Positions 39,597 to 50,420 are shown, numbered from the stretch's first letter. The stretch is DNA of 64,000 nucleotides from Clostridia bacterium (GCA_045604405.1 JAZUNZ010000018.1:69519-133518), one strand, 5' to 3'. Numbers and translations: made by a program. The notes: generated by a model not told the origin, from the letters alone.

Positions 39597-41234
39597 ATGT
39601 TTGAAAATATTAAAAACAAAAAAAATCCAATAGGGGTAGACATAGTAAATTCTAAGTTAATAACTGAAGAACAACTAAATGAAGCACTAACATATCAAAA
39701 AAATCATCCAGAATTAAAATTGGGTGAGGTTGTTGATGTACTTAATATGTGTGATAAAAGACAATTGTTGGAAGTTTTGTCAGATAAATTGAACATAAAG
39801 GCTGTCGTGCTTGATGAGAATACAAATATAGATTATACGAAGTTCTTATCTCGTGATACTGTTATTAATTCAAAGGCATTTCCTTTTGGAGTAGATGGAA
39901 CTACTGTAAAGGTTGCTTTTGCTGACCCTTCTGATGAAAGAGCAGTAGATAGTGTAAAGCTACAGTTGCTAAAAAAAGGTTTAGAAATGGAAAAATATTT
40001 AACACTATATTCTATGATAATGAATCAAGTAAGAAGTGTTAAAAATGTTCAAGATGAATATGTTGATACGAGCGAAAAAGATACTACAGTACTTGTAGAT
40101 AATATAGTTTTAACAGCTATAAAACAAAGAGCCAGTGATATTCATATCGAGCCAATGGAAAACAGAGTGAGAATTAGATATAGAATAGATGGTGAGCTAA
40201 TAACTGTATCTGAACTTCCAAAGAAAAGACAATCAATGATAGCAGGAAGAATAAAATCTATCGCACATATGCATCAAGAAATAACATCTGACCAAGATGG
40301 CGCTATAGACGCTTATGAAAACTATAGTATTCGTGTATCTTCACAAAAAAATATAAACGGTGAAAAATTCGTTCTAAGACTTTTAAAGAAAAATGGTAAT
40401 GTTAGAAGATTACATGATCTGGGATTCCCTAATGACGAGGAACTTGTTAAAAAAGCTTTTGATAAAAGAAATAGCTTAATAGTTGTATGTGCACCAACAG
40501 GTGAAGGTAAAACAACAACTTTATATAGTATACTAGATTACTTAAACAGACCAGATATTAACGTTGTAACTATAGAAAACCCAGTTGAAATAAGAATGCC
40601 AGGAATAAACCAAGTAGAAATTGGTCATGACATATCTTTTGCTGGAGCATTAAGAACGGTATTAAGACAAGACCCTAATATAATTCTTGTAGGAGAAATA
40701 AGAGATAGAGAGACTGCTCAAACAGCTATTGAAGCAGGTCAAACAGGACATGTGGTTTTAACTACAATCCACACAATTGACGCAATAGAGACTATCACAA
40801 GAATAAGAAAAATGGATATTTCAGACTATGATGTATCTTCATCAATAGTTACTATAATATCTCAAAGACTAGTAAGACAATTATGTCCAAAATGTAAAAA
40901 ACCGCATGAAATAACTGATTCAGACAGAGCATATTTTAAAAGAGTAACAGATTTAACTGGTACAGAATTTGATTTAGAGCATGCTACAATGTTTGAACCA
41001 AAAGGTTGTAAAGCATGTAATCACTTAGGATACATAGAAAGAATCGGAATTTTCGAAGTTCTATGTTTAGATGAACAAATAAAACACATGATTGCTTCTG
41101 GTGAAAATGCTATGGATATAAGAAAATATGCTATAGAAAATACAGAATATAAACCACTTATAGTTGATGCGGTGAACAAGTGTTTACAAGGAATAACAAC
41201 AATAAACGAAATAGAGAAGAAGATAGTTATATAA
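39597..41234 (+). CDS. pilB: type IV pilus assembly ATPase PilB (GspE family)
   Basis: Walker A CAPTGEGKTTT, Asp/His boxes, tetracysteine CPKC...CKAC. Confidence 0.9.
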   Translation: MFENIKNKKNPIGVDIVNSKLITEEQLNEALTYQKNHPELKLGEVVDVLNMCDKRQLLEVLSDKLNIKAVVLDENTNIDYTKFLSRDTVINSKAFPFGVDGTTVKVAFADPSDERAVDSVKLQLLKKGLEMEKYLTLYSMIMNQVRSVKNVQDEYVDTSEKDTTVLVDNIVLTAIKQRASDIHIEPMENRVRIRYRIDGELITVSELPKKRQSMIAGRIKSIAHMHQEITSDQDGAIDAYENYSIRVSSQKNINGEKFVLRLLKKNGNVRRLHDLGFPNDEELVKKAFDKRNSLIVVCAPTGEGKTTTLYSILDYLNRPDINVVTIENPVEIRMPGINQVEIGHDISFAGALRTVLRQDPNIILVGEIRDRETAQTAIEAGQTGHVVLTTIHTIDAIETITRIRKMDISDYDVSSSIVTIISQRLVRQLCPKCKKPHEITDSDRAYFKRVTDLTGTEFDLEHATMFEPKGCKACNHLGYIERIGIFEVLCLDEQIKHMIASGENAMDIRKYAIENTEYKPLIVDAVNKCLQGITTINEIEKKIVI

Positions 41235-41242
41235 GGAGAAAT

Positions 41243-42331
41243 ATGGATAAATTTTTAGAAATAGTAAGGACGGCAGTATATGAAGGGGCAACAGATATAC
41301 ATTTAGTAGAAAACTTACATCCATTGTATAGAATAAATAAAGAACTAAAGCCAAATATTAACGTTGAACCAATGAATAAATATGATCTTGAGGGATTAAT
41401 GGAAGCGTTGGTAGATGATAGTTTAGAGCTAGTGGAATTATTTGAAGAAAAGAAAAGATTAGACTTGCCATTTGAACTAGACCAAGAAACAAGGCTTAGA
41501 ATAAATGCTAGTATGGCAGCAGGCGTTCCTACTTTTTCTATTAGAATAATTAGAAACAAAGCAATAGACATTGAAAAGTTAAGATTAAGATCAATTATTG
41601 AACAACTCAAAGGCATTCATTCAGGCTTAGTATTAATAACAGGAAAAGTTAATACAGGTAAAACAACAACATTAAATGCCTTTGTTCAAGAAGTAAACAA
41701 AGTATTAAATAAAAAAATTGTTATGCTTGAAGAACCTATAGAATATAGGCACACTTCAAAAAAAGCTATAATAGTTCAAAAAGAAGTAAGTACAAGTGCT
41801 GATGTGCCAAATTATTATGATGGAGTAATAAACTTGCTTAGAGAGGATTCAGACATAGCTATAATTGGAGAAATTAGAGACAGGAAAACAATGGATGCGG
41901 TATTAGATTTGGCAGAATCTGGTGGACTTGTTATAGGAACTTTACATACTCGTTCTTGTGGTGAAACAATAGATAGAATACTAGGAATGTATGATCCAAA
42001 TGAACAAAAGGCCATAAAATATGCATTATCTAATGTTTTAAAACTAGTGGTTTCTCAAAAATTGGTAAGAGCAAAATCTGGAGCGACAGTATTAGTTCCA
42101 GAGACTATGCTTGTTAATTCTACAATTGCAGCCCTTATAAGGCAAGAAAAATTTAGTGTATCAGAAATACAGGATGCAATACATCATTCTAAGAATGTAG
42201 GTACAATTAGTTTTGAAAGATCATTTACAAATTTATATAATGATAATATAATAGACATAACGGCTATAAAAAATAATGTAGAGGAAAATAGCTTTAAAAT
42301 TATAACTGACTTGATAGGAGGAGGATACTAA
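41243..42331 (+). CDS. pilT: PilT-like retraction ATPase
   Basis: ATG follows AAGGAGA. ATDIHL N-terminus, Walker A GKVNTGKTTT, GEIRDRKT, LHTRS. Confidence 0.8.
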   Translation: MDKFLEIVRTAVYEGATDIHLVENLHPLYRINKELKPNINVEPMNKYDLEGLMEALVDDSLELVELFEEKKRLDLPFELDQETRLRINASMAAGVPTFSIRIIRNKAIDIEKLRLRSIIEQLKGIHSGLVLITGKVNTGKTTTLNAFVQEVNKVLNKKIVMLEEPIEYRHTSKKAIIVQKEVSTSADVPNYYDGVINLLREDSDIAIIGEIRDRKTMDAVLDLAESGGLVIGTLHTRSCGETIDRILGMYDPNEQKAIKYALSNVLKLVVSQKLVRAKSGATVLVPETMLVNSTIAALIRQEKFSVSEIQDAIHHSKNVGTISFERSFTNLYNDNIIDITAIKNNVEENSFKIITDLIGGGY

Positions 42332-43683
42332 TGCCTGAATATAAATACAGGGGAATGCTTAGAAACGGCAAGATACTAAGAGGCGTTATGATGGCGAAGA
42401 ATCGTCACGAAGTAATAGAAAAGCTGAAGAAGACAAGAGTTCAGCCAATCAGGGTAAAAGCATTAAAAACCCAATTAGTATCAGAATCTAAGAAAAAAGT
42501 AGATTATAAAAAGCTTGAAAAAATACAACAAGATGTTGAAAAACAAAAAGTTAATACAAGGTTAAAGAGAAATAATTTAACTGGAAAGAGTGATTTTTGG
42601 AACTTATTAACATCAGATGTATCATTTGGAACTGTAAAACCTAAAGACATTTTAACATTTACAAACAGTTTATATGTACTAAAGAAGGCCAAGTTTAACA
42701 ATGTGACAGCTTTTGAATCATTATTTAATAGTACAGAAAATAAAAAATTACAAGATATAATAGAAGACATATTAATAGGTATTGAATCGGGTTCAAGCAT
42801 CCACGAGATGATGTCAAGGTTCCCTAAAGTATTTCCACCACTATATGTTAACTTTATAAGAGTAGGTGAGGAATCAGGTTCTCTAGACACAGCACTATTA
42901 CATGCTAGAGACTACATGGAAAGTAGTGCGAAGCTCAAGAAACAAATCAGAGGAATATTACTTCCAAAGATTTTAATGTTTGGATTTATACTTGTTGCCA
43001 TGATAATAGCATTATTGTATGGAACACCTCTTATCGAAAATGTTTATGACATGTTTGGAGTAGATAAAGAGCTACCTAAAGCAACTCAAGTAGCAATAGT
43101 AGCCTCTCAGTGGCTAGTAGATCATTGGTACATAGTATTAGGAGTAATAGCAGGCATTATAGTAGCATTTAGGATATATTTAAAATCTTCAATTGGTAGA
43201 TACCAATGGGATAAGTTTAAAATAAAAGCGCCTGTTTTTGGAACATTAAACTTGAATATAATTACAAACAAGTTCTTCCAAGCAATGTTACTTAACCTAA
43301 GAAATGGTATGAGAATCCAAGAGAGTCTTGAAACATCAAAATCTGTAACCAATAACTATTATTTCTTGTCACTTATAGAAACAGGAAAGAACAACTTACA
43401 AGCCGGTGGATCTTGGATAGAACCATTTGAAGCGGATCACGCATTTCCTCCAATGGCTACTGAAATGTTAAAGATAGGTATGGAATCAGATCTAGTAGAA
43501 ATGATGGATAAAGTTTCAGAGTACATAGAACAAGAAATAGCGGAATCAATTCAAAAAACAATAAAAGTATTACCAGAAATTACATATATTTTCGTAGGTA
43601 TTGTTTTGGTATTCTTTGTATTAACAATAATGGTTCCTTTAATAGACGTTTACATGGGAGGATTCTTATTCGAAACGTTGTAA
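42331..43683 (+). CDS. pilC: type IV pilus platform protein PilC (GspF family)
   Basis: Two GspF-type repeats with 3 TM segments. ATG overlaps the pilT stop. Confidence 0.85.
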   Translation: MPEYKYRGMLRNGKILRGVMMAKNRHEVIEKLKKTRVQPIRVKALKTQLVSESKKKVDYKKLEKIQQDVEKQKVNTRLKRNNLTGKSDFWNLLTSDVSFGTVKPKDILTFTNSLYVLKKAKFNNVTAFESLFNSTENKKLQDIIEDILIGIESGSSIHEMMSRFPKVFPPLYVNFIRVGEESGSLDTALLHARDYMESSAKLKKQIRGILLPKILMFGFILVAMIIALLYGTPLIENVYDMFGVDKELPKATQVAIVASQWLVDHWYIVLGVIAGIIVAFRIYLKSSIGRYQWDKFKIKAPVFGTLNLNIITNKFFQAMLLNLRNGMRIQESLETSKSVTNNYYFLSLIETGKNNLQAGGSWIEPFEADHAFPPMATEMLKIGMESDLVEMMDKVSEYIEQEIAESIQKTIKVLPEITYIFVGIVLVFFVLTIMVPLIDVYMGGFLFETL

Positions 43684-43781
43684 TAAAAAACAAACATAAT
43701 AAATATAAAAAATGTCACTAAAATAGTGGCATTTTTTGATATATGTGGTATAATATTTGTGAATTTATGAGGTGAATATTT

Positions 43782-44330
43782 ATGAAGAATTTTTTAAGAT
43801 CAATGCTAGCAGTATTGGGAGTAATATCTGTTATAATGGTTATAGGTATATTATTATTAATAGCAGGCAAAATATCACTTGCTACAGTTGCTGGTGGATT
43901 AAACTATATATTAACTCACCAAGTTATAAAAATAATAACTATAGTTGTGCTTGCAGTATATGGCCTATGTTCAGTTATAGCCATTGCATTTAGCGGAACA
44001 ATTACAAGTGATTTAAAAGGCGGTATAATTTTACCTTTAAAAATAGGGGAAGTACATATATCTAGCCAAACATTTGAATCTATAGTTACAAATGTTGCTA
44101 AAAGATATGCTGGAGTAAAAACTGCAAAAGTTAATATAAAGATAAAAGAAACAGGAATTAGCGTAGATTTATTTGCATATGTATTGCAAGATACAGTAAT
44201 ATCAGATATAACAAGTAAGCTACAAGAAGATATAAAAGCAGTAGTTCTAAAACAAACTACAGTTGCAGTTGAGACTGTAAATGTAAGAATAAAAGGTGTA
44301 TATACTCTAAATGAAAATAAAGAAGCTTAA
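43782..44330 (+). CDS. alkaline shock response membrane anchor protein AmaP
   Basis: Two N-terminal TM helices plus an Asp23-like C-terminal region. Synteny with DUF2273 and nusB. Confidence 0.65.
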   Translation: MKNFLRSMLAVLGVISVIMVIGILLLIAGKISLATVAGGLNYILTHQVIKIITIVVLAVYGLCSVIAIAFSGTITSDLKGGIILPLKIGEVHISSQTFESIVTNVAKRYAGVKTAKVNIKIKETGISVDLFAYVLQDTVISDITSKLQEDIKAVVLKQTTVAVETVNVRIKGVYTLNENKEA

Positions 44331-44346
44331 AATCAAGGAGTAGATA

Positions 44347-44598
44347 ATGAAAAAAGATAGTTTTTTAGAATTCATAATAAGAAATAGATATGTAATTGTA
44401 TGCGTTACAATTGTATTAATATTAGCCTTTACAGGTATAATTGGTATGCTTTTAGAGGTAATATTTACAGTATTTTTAGTTATTGGTGCAATTTACTTAG
44501 GTAAAAGAATCCAGGAAGATGATGAGTACATATCTAGAGTATTTAAAAAAAGAAAAGATGAAATAAAATATACAGTAAAAGACGATGATAAGGAGTAA
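44347..44598 (+). CDS. small membrane protein (DUF2273-like)
   Basis: 83 aa, two TM helices, between amaP and nusB. Confidence 0.55.
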   Translation: MKKDSFLEFIIRNRYVIVCVTIVLILAFTGIIGMLLEVIFTVFLVIGAIYLGKRIQEDDEYISRVFKKRKDEIKYTVKDDDKE

Positions 44599-44601
44599 AA
44601 T

Positions 44602-45021
44602 ATGAGCAGAAGAAAAGCTAGAGATATAACTTTCAAATATGTGTATTCTACACTTTACGGTGAGAGTGAAATAGATGATACAATTGAAAGTATTATTACA
44701 GCAGATTCAGAGTCAATTGAGGCGCTAGATGGGGAAGAAAGAATTTATTTTGATAAAGTAACACTAGGTATCAAAGAAAATGAAAAAGAAATCGATCAAA
44801 TGATACTTTCTAAGCTTAAAAATTGGACAATTGAAAGAATATTTAAAATAGATTTAGCCATTTTGAGGCTTGCAGTATATGAGATAATCTATTTTCCAGA
44901 GATGCCTATAAAAGTTGCTGTAAATGAAGCAGTAGAGCTTGCTAAAAAGTATGGAAATGATTCATCTTCCAACTTTGTAAACGGGGTTTTAAGAGAAATT
45001 ATAAAAGACAAGGAAAATTAA
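44602..45021 (+). CDS. nusB: transcription antitermination factor NusB
   Basis: MSRRKARD N-terminus, INEAVELAKKYG-like motif (VNEAVELAKKYGNDSSSNFVNGVL). Confidence 0.9.
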   Translation: MSRRKARDITFKYVYSTLYGESEIDDTIESIITADSESIEALDGEERIYFDKVTLGIKENEKEIDQMILSKLKNWTIERIFKIDLAILRLAVYEIIYFPEMPIKVAVNEAVELAKKYGNDSSSNFVNGVLREIIKDKEN

Positions 45022-46227
45022 ATGGAGAGTAAGAACGTATTTTCAGTATCAAATATAAATAAATATATAAAAATGGTGTTCGATAAGGACCCGTTTTTGT
45101 CGTATGTGGCGATTAAAGGAGAGATAACAAATTTTAAAGCTCATTCGTCAGGACACTTATACTTTACATTAAAAGACGAAGCGTCTACAATAAAATGCGT
45201 TATGTTTAAAAGTGCTGCACAAAATTTAAACATAAAACTACAAGATGGAGCGGCAGTTATAGTGATGGGCTCAGTTAGCGTATATGATGTAGGTGGCACA
45301 TATCAAGTATATGTAAAAAGTATTACTTTAGATGGTGTAGGAGAATTATTTGCAAAATACGAGGAGCTAAAAAAGAAGCTAGAAGCTGAAGGATTATTTA
45401 GTCCAATGCATAAAAAGAAAATACCTTTTATGCCTAAGAGAGTGGGTGTTATTACATCACCTACTGGAGCAGTAATTAGAGATATAATAAATGTTAGCAC
45501 TAGAAGATTTAGCAAAGTAAATTTATTGTTATATCCTGCAGCAGTTCAAGGCGACAGCGTAGCTTCTACTGTAATTTCGGGATTAAGATATTTTAATGAG
45601 CAACATTCAGTAGACGTAATAATAATAGCCCGTGGCGGAGGCTCTTTTGAGGATTTATTTGGATTTAATGACGAAAATTTAGCCTACGAAATATTTAAGT
45701 CTGAGATACCTGTAGTCTCTGCAGTAGGACATGAAACAGATTTTACGATTTGTGATTTTGTATCAGATTTAAGAGCACCAACTCCTTCAGCTGCAGCTGA
45801 ACTTGTATATCCATCAGAGATGGAAATTATATCTAAACTACATACTTTAAATTTGAGATTAAAATCTAGTATTATGAATGTATTCCAAAGGAAAAAACAA
45901 TATTTAGAGACTATAACTAAAGGAAGACTAGAAAAGACGCCACAAGATATGATAGCAAGATATAGACTTGTTACAGACAATCTTGAAAGACATTTAGAGA
46001 CAGCTATGGATAAAGTTGTTTTAGCTTGTAAAACAAAATATGAAAAGCAAGTAGCATTACTTGATTCATTAAGTCCTTTAAAAACAATGCTTAGAGGTTA
46101 CTCTGTAGCTTGTAATGCAGAAGGAAATTTAATTTCTAAAGTTTCTCAGGTGAAAGTTGGAGACAATATAGACGTTAGAGTAACAGATGGTAGGATAAAT
46201 GCAAAAGTAGAAAGTATAGGAGGATAA
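45022..46227 (+). CDS. xseA: exodeoxyribonuclease VII large subunit
   Basis: OB-fold N-terminus (GEITNFKAHSSGHLYFTLKD), RGGGSFEDL, SAVGHETD. Confidence 0.9.
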   Translation: MESKNVFSVSNINKYIKMVFDKDPFLSYVAIKGEITNFKAHSSGHLYFTLKDEASTIKCVMFKSAAQNLNIKLQDGAAVIVMGSVSVYDVGGTYQVYVKSITLDGVGELFAKYEELKKKLEAEGLFSPMHKKKIPFMPKRVGVITSPTGAVIRDIINVSTRRFSKVNLLLYPAAVQGDSVASTVISGLRYFNEQHSVDVIIIARGGGSFEDLFGFNDENLAYEIFKSEIPVVSAVGHETDFTICDFVSDLRAPTPSAAAELVYPSEMEIISKLHTLNLRLKSSIMNVFQRKKQYLETITKGRLEKTPQDMIARYRLVTDNLERHLETAMDKVVLACKTKYEKQVALLDSLSPLKTMLRGYSVACNAEGNLISKVSQVKVGDNIDVRVTDGRINAKVESIGG

Positions 46228-46232
46228 GGGAA

Positions 46233-46454
46233 ATGGAAAATACATTTGAACAAAGTTTAAAAGAATTAGAACAAATAGTATTAGAGCTTGAAAAAGGAGA
46301 TCTAACATTAGACAAAGCTATATCAAGCTTTGAAAAAGGAATTGAACTTTCTGCCGAGTGTGGTAAAAAGTTAGATGAAGCAGAAAAGAAAATAAATGTA
46401 CTTGTTAAGAAAGAGAATAAAATAGAAGAGCAAACTTTTGTAGCCACTGAGTAA
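46233..46454 (+). CDS. xseB: exodeoxyribonuclease VII small subunit
   Basis: FEQSLKELEQIVLELEKGDLTLD motif. 73 aa, after xseA. Confidence 0.85.
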   Translation: MENTFEQSLKELEQIVLELEKGDLTLDKAISSFEKGIELSAECGKKLDEAEKKINVLVKKENKIEEQTFVATE

Positions 46455-46493
46455 TTATATGTCACCTAACACATACTATTATAGGGTGATAAT

Positions 46494-46658
46494 GTGGATA
46501 AAAGCAAATACAAAAAGTCGTCAAACAGAAAAAATGTGGACAAACAAAAGATTACCAAAGACCATGAAGATTATGGTTATGATTTTGTGCCAAATCTTCA
46601 CGAATGGGTAAATATTGATGAGCAAAGGCAAAAAGTAAAAGAACTAGAAGACATTTAA
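46494..46658 (+). CDS. possible small basic protein (54 aa), not in ORF track
   Basis: GTG follows AGGGTGA. Protein-like translation (…DHEDYGYDFVPNLHEWVNIDEQRQKVKELEDI). Weak support. Confidence 0.3.
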   Translation: MDKSKYKKSSNRKNVDKQKITKDHEDYGYDFVPNLHEWVNIDEQRQKVKELEDI

Positions 46659-46703
46659 ATAAATATGTAATATAACAAATATAATATTAAGGGGGTAAAG
46701 TAA

Positions 46704-48089
46704 ATGAAAGATTTTACAATGCAAGATTTAGTAGCGCTATGTAAAGGTAGAGGTTTTGTATTTCCAGGTTCAGAAATATATGGAGGACTTTCAAACTCTT
46801 GGGATTATGGTCCTTTAGGAATTGAGCTTAAAAACAACATTAAAAAAGCATGGTGGCAAAAATTTATTCAAGAAAGCAGACATAATGTAGGTATAGAAGC
46901 AGCAATACTTATGAATCCACAAGTTTGGGTTACAACAGGGCATGTTGGAGGATTTAGTGATCCGTTAATAGACTGTAAAGAATGTAAAACAAGACATAGA
47001 GCAGATAAGCTTATAGAAGAATGGGCACATGAAAAAGGTGAAAGTGTTACAGTTGATGGTTGGGATGATAATAAAATATTAGATTTCATGAAGCAAAACA
47101 ATATATCTTGTCCTAAATGCGGTAAGCACAATTTTACAGATATACGTAAATTCAACCTTATGTTTAAAACTTTCCAAGGTGTAACAGAGGATGCCAAGGC
47201 TGAAATATATTTAAGACCTGAAACAGCACAAGGAATGTTTACAAACTTTAAAAATGTTCAAAGAACAACAAGAAGAAAACTTCCTTTAGGAATAGGAATG
47301 CAAGGCAAATCTTTCAGAAATGAAATAACACCAGGTAATTTTATATTCCGTACTCGTGAATTTGAACAAATGGAATTGGAATTTTTCTGCAAACCAGGCA
47401 CAGATTTAGAATGGTACGAATACTGGAAAGAATTTTGTAAAAACTGGATAATAAATTTAGGAGTAACACCTGAAAAGTTAAGACTTAGAGAACATAGTAA
47501 AGAGGAACTATCTTTCTATAGTAAAGGAACTACAGATATTGAATATGAATTTCCATTTGGTTGGGGCGAACTTTGGGGTATTGCAGATAGAACAGATTAC
47601 GATTTAAAACGTCATATGGAAGCATCTAAAGAAGATTTAACATATACAGATCCTGAAACGGGAGAAAAATTTATACCATATTGTGTTGAACCAGCTGTTG
47701 GTGTAGATAGACTTTTGCTTATGTTCTTATGTGACGCATATAATGAAGAAGTTGTTGGTGAAAATGATACAAGAGTAGTACTTAAATTCCATCCATTTCT
47801 TGCGCCAGTTAAAGTTGCAGTTCTTCCACTTTCTAAAAAGCTGTCAGAAAAAGCATATGATGTGTATCTAAAGCTTATAAAGAAATATAATTGCGAATTT
47901 GATGAATCAGGTAGCATAGGAAAAAGATATAGAAGACAAGATGAAATTGGTACACCATATTGTATAACTATAGATTTTGATACTTTAGAAGATGAAACAG
48001 TAACAGTAAGAGATAGAGACACTATGGAGCAACAAAGAATAAAAATAGATGAACTAGATGCATTTTTTGCAGATAAATTTGTTATATAG
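46704..48089 (+). CDS. glyQS: glycine--tRNA ligase (alpha2 dimeric type)
   Basis: [50 protein letters not shown]. Confidence 0.95.
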   Translation: MKDFTMQDLVALCKGRGFVFPGSEIYGGLSNSWDYGPLGIELKNNIKKAWWQKFIQESRHNVGIEAAILMNPQVWVTTGHVGGFSDPLIDCKECKTRHRADKLIEEWAHEKGESVTVDGWDDNKILDFMKQNNISCPKCGKHNFTDIRKFNLMFKTFQGVTEDAKAEIYLRPETAQGMFTNFKNVQRTTRRKLPLGIGMQGKSFRNEITPGNFIFRTREFEQMELEFFCKPGTDLEWYEYWKEFCKNWIINLGVTPEKLRLREHSKEELSFYSKGTTDIEYEFPFGWGELWGIADRTDYDLKRHMEASKEDLTYTDPETGEKFIPYCVEPAVGVDRLLLMFLCDAYNEEVVGENDTRVVLKFHPFLAPVKVAVLPLSKKLSEKAYDVYLKLIKKYNCEFDESGSIGKRYRRQDEIGTPYCITIDFDTLEDETVTVRDRDTMEQQRIKIDELDAFFADKFVI

Positions 48090-48110
48090 TAAAATAATTA
48101 TTTAAACTAA

Positions 48111-48150
48111 ATACGATGTAGATATTATATATTCTACATCGTATTTTTTC
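48111..48150 (+). terminator. rho-independent terminator of glyQS
   Basis: ATACGATGTAG ... CTACATCGTAT stem followed by T6. Confidence 0.8.
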
Positions 48151-48363
48151 CCTTTTAAAAATCGCTTAATTATTGTCGAATACAGTCGTACGATTTTTCT
48201 TGACATTCATATAATACCGTGATATTTTAGGTATATATCACATGTTACAATGTGAATTTATTCAAATAAATCTAGATTTAAATTTTTTCAGATATATGTT
48301 TTTTCATATCATCTAAATTTTCCAAAACATAAACTTAAATAGTGAAATAATAGGAGAGATATT

Positions 48364-49257
48364 ATGCCAAACAATATGTTATTAAAACCTAAGATAGATG
48401 TTGTATTCCATGCTTTATTTAGGAGTGCAAATAATACTTTATTAGAAGCGATGCTTTCAACAATTATAGGGAGAAAAATAAAAATAAAATCAAATTTGGA
48501 TAGACACTTAGATATTGAATGTGCTGATGAAAAATTAGGAGTTATGGACTTAAGAGTAGAGTTTGAAGATGGGACAAATTGTAATGTGGAGCTTCAACTA
48601 AATAAATATTCTTATGAGAATTAAAGATTTTTATATTATTTATCAGACACATATTGTAGACAGTTAACAAGAGGTGCTAAATATGAATCAATAAATAAAA
48701 CTATTAGTATCGCCATAGTAGACCATGAAACAGATATTTTAAAAGGCATTGAGGATTTAAATGTAAGATGGCAAATGAGAGACGATAAAACCGGCAATAG
48801 ATTATTGACAGATAAATTTGAACTTGTTATAATTGAATTACCAAAAGCAAAAAGAAGATATTTGTATAAGAGCGAGGATGAAATAAGTCAATGGATGATG
48901 TTTTTGGATAATCCTAATAGCAAGGAGGTTTCTAAAATTATGGATACTAATAAAGACATAAAAAAAGCATCAGAAGAACTAAAAAAGGTAAGCGGAGATT
49001 ATGAATTAAGAAGAATAGCTGAATTAAGAGAAAAAGCTATAAGAGATGAACAAGCAGCTTTAGACTATGCAATAAATCATGGATTAAAGCAAGGAATTGA
49101 ACAAGGAATTAAACAGGGAATTGAACAAGGTATTGAACAAGGTATTGAGCAGGCGATTATTCAAACTGCAAAAAACATGTTACAAATTGGAATGGATATA
49201 GAGATCATAGTTAAAGTGACTGGACTTAGTAAAGAAAAAATTTCAAACTTAAAATAA
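48364..49257 (+). pseudogene. Rpn/YhgA-like PD-(D/E)XK recombination-promoting nuclease, interrupted by one in-frame TAA
   Basis: Track ORFs 48364..48624 and 48775..49257 are in the same frame. I read 48625-48774 as stop-free, so TAA at 48622-48624 is the only interruption. GVMDLRVEF...NVELQ core. Confidence 0.7.
49081..49152 (+). repeat. six tandem 12-nt units (GxxQ-type repeats: GLKQ/GIEQ/GIKQ) inside the Rpn-like gene
   Basis: ggattaaagcaa ggaattgaacaa ggaattaaacag ggaattgaacaa ggtattgaacaa ggtattgagcag. Confidence 0.85.
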
Positions 49258-49326
49258 TATATGATACAATAAATATGTTATTCAAGAAGTATAAATTATA
49301 ATTAATGTAGATAGTGGGGGTATTTT

Positions 49327-50376
49327 ATGGAAAACTATGAAGAACTTAAGAAATATGTGAATATATTACTTGTTGATGATGATTTAGATTATATACAAGT
49401 AACAGCGTTTTTCTTAAAGAGCAAAGGATATAATGTAGATGTTGCAACGAGTGGAGCTGATGCAATAAATAAAGTAAGTAAAGGAGATGTGCATGTAGTA
49501 TTATTAGACTATTATATGCCAGAACTTACAGGAGAAGACGTAGTAAACAAGATACGTGAGTTTAATGATAGAATAATTATAATATTACAAACAGGTTTCG
49601 CTGGTCAACAACCTCCAGAGGAGACTTTAAAAAGACTTAACATACAAAATTATCATGATAAGTCTGATGGAGTGGAAAAGCTTTTATTACAAGTAACATC
49701 AGCTGTAAGGATTTTTAATCAACAAAATTTAATAGAACTTTCTAAATATAGAGTAAATGCAATAGGAAAACTTGTAAAAGGAATAGCAGAAGAATTGAAA
49801 GCTCCATTATTGTCTATAGGTGCAAGTTTAGAAGCAACAAAAGTTTTAGTAGAAAGCATAAAATCTAAAACTGGTGATGATGCGTATCAAAAAATGAATG
49901 ATGCATTCGTAAATGGCAAATTACAGATGGAAAGAATAAATAAAATTTGTAAAACTATAATTCATCAAGTAGAAGATGATGGTAAAGATGTTGGTATTAC
50001 CATAGCGGACATTGTAGATACATTAAAGCTTATGACTACTAACGAGTTGAAACTTTCAGGAGTTACATTCGAAGAAGATATTTCGGTAAGTAAAGATTCA
50101 TATATTTATGGAAAAGTTGATGATGTTATATTTATTCTATGTGAGTTAATACACAAGATTGTAGATGTGTCTGTTGCAAAGGATAATATAACACTAGGCT
50201 TGAGAGAGAGCAATACAGCATGGTATATTTCACTTACAAGTGATAAGATTAAATTTATAGAAAAGACAAAAGTATTCCTAATAAAAAATATAATTAGCAG
50301 AATGGAGGATATCAAATTTGAAGAAATATCTGATCAATATGTAATTGAAGTAAAAAAATTAGGAGTCACAAAATAA
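49327..50376 (+). CDS. response-regulator receiver fused to a degenerate (His-less) histidine-kinase-like core
   Basis: REC: ILLVDDD ... VVLLDYYMP ... ILQTG. The following helix IAEELKAPLLSI resembles an H-box with Glu in place of His. Confidence 0.55.
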   Translation: MENYEELKKYVNILLVDDDLDYIQVTAFFLKSKGYNVDVATSGADAINKVSKGDVHVVLLDYYMPELTGEDVVNKIREFNDRIIIILQTGFAGQQPPEETLKRLNIQNYHDKSDGVEKLLLQVTSAVRIFNQQNLIELSKYRVNAIGKLVKGIAEELKAPLLSIGASLEATKVLVESIKSKTGDDAYQKMNDAFVNGKLQMERINKICKTIIHQVEDDGKDVGITIADIVDTLKLMTTNELKLSGVTFEEDISVSKDSYIYGKVDDVIFILCELIHKIVDVSVAKDNITLGLRESNTAWYISLTSDKIKFIEKTKVFLIKNIISRMEDIKFEEISDQYVIEVKKLGVTK

Positions 50377-50385
50377 TAATAAAAT

Positions 50386-50420
50386 ATTGAGGTATAAGAA
50401 ATTATACCTCAATTTGCTTT
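50386..50420 (+). terminator. rho-independent terminator
   Basis: ATTGAGGTATAA ... TTATACCTCAAT stem, then TTTGCTTTTT. Confidence 0.7.

Noticed and set aside
43772-43993. 73-aa ORF overlapping the start of amaP in another frame.
   Set aside because: It has Asn/Tyr/Cys/Ile-rich composition and no RBS. The AmaP frame (43782) has a GAGGTGA RBS and sensible TM topology.
46455-46703. Possible T-box leader upstream of glyQS.
   Set aside because: I could not find the conserved T-box sequence (AA..GGTGGTACCGCG-like) or a specifier/antiterminator arrangement. The region is short and partly occupied by a possible small ORF.
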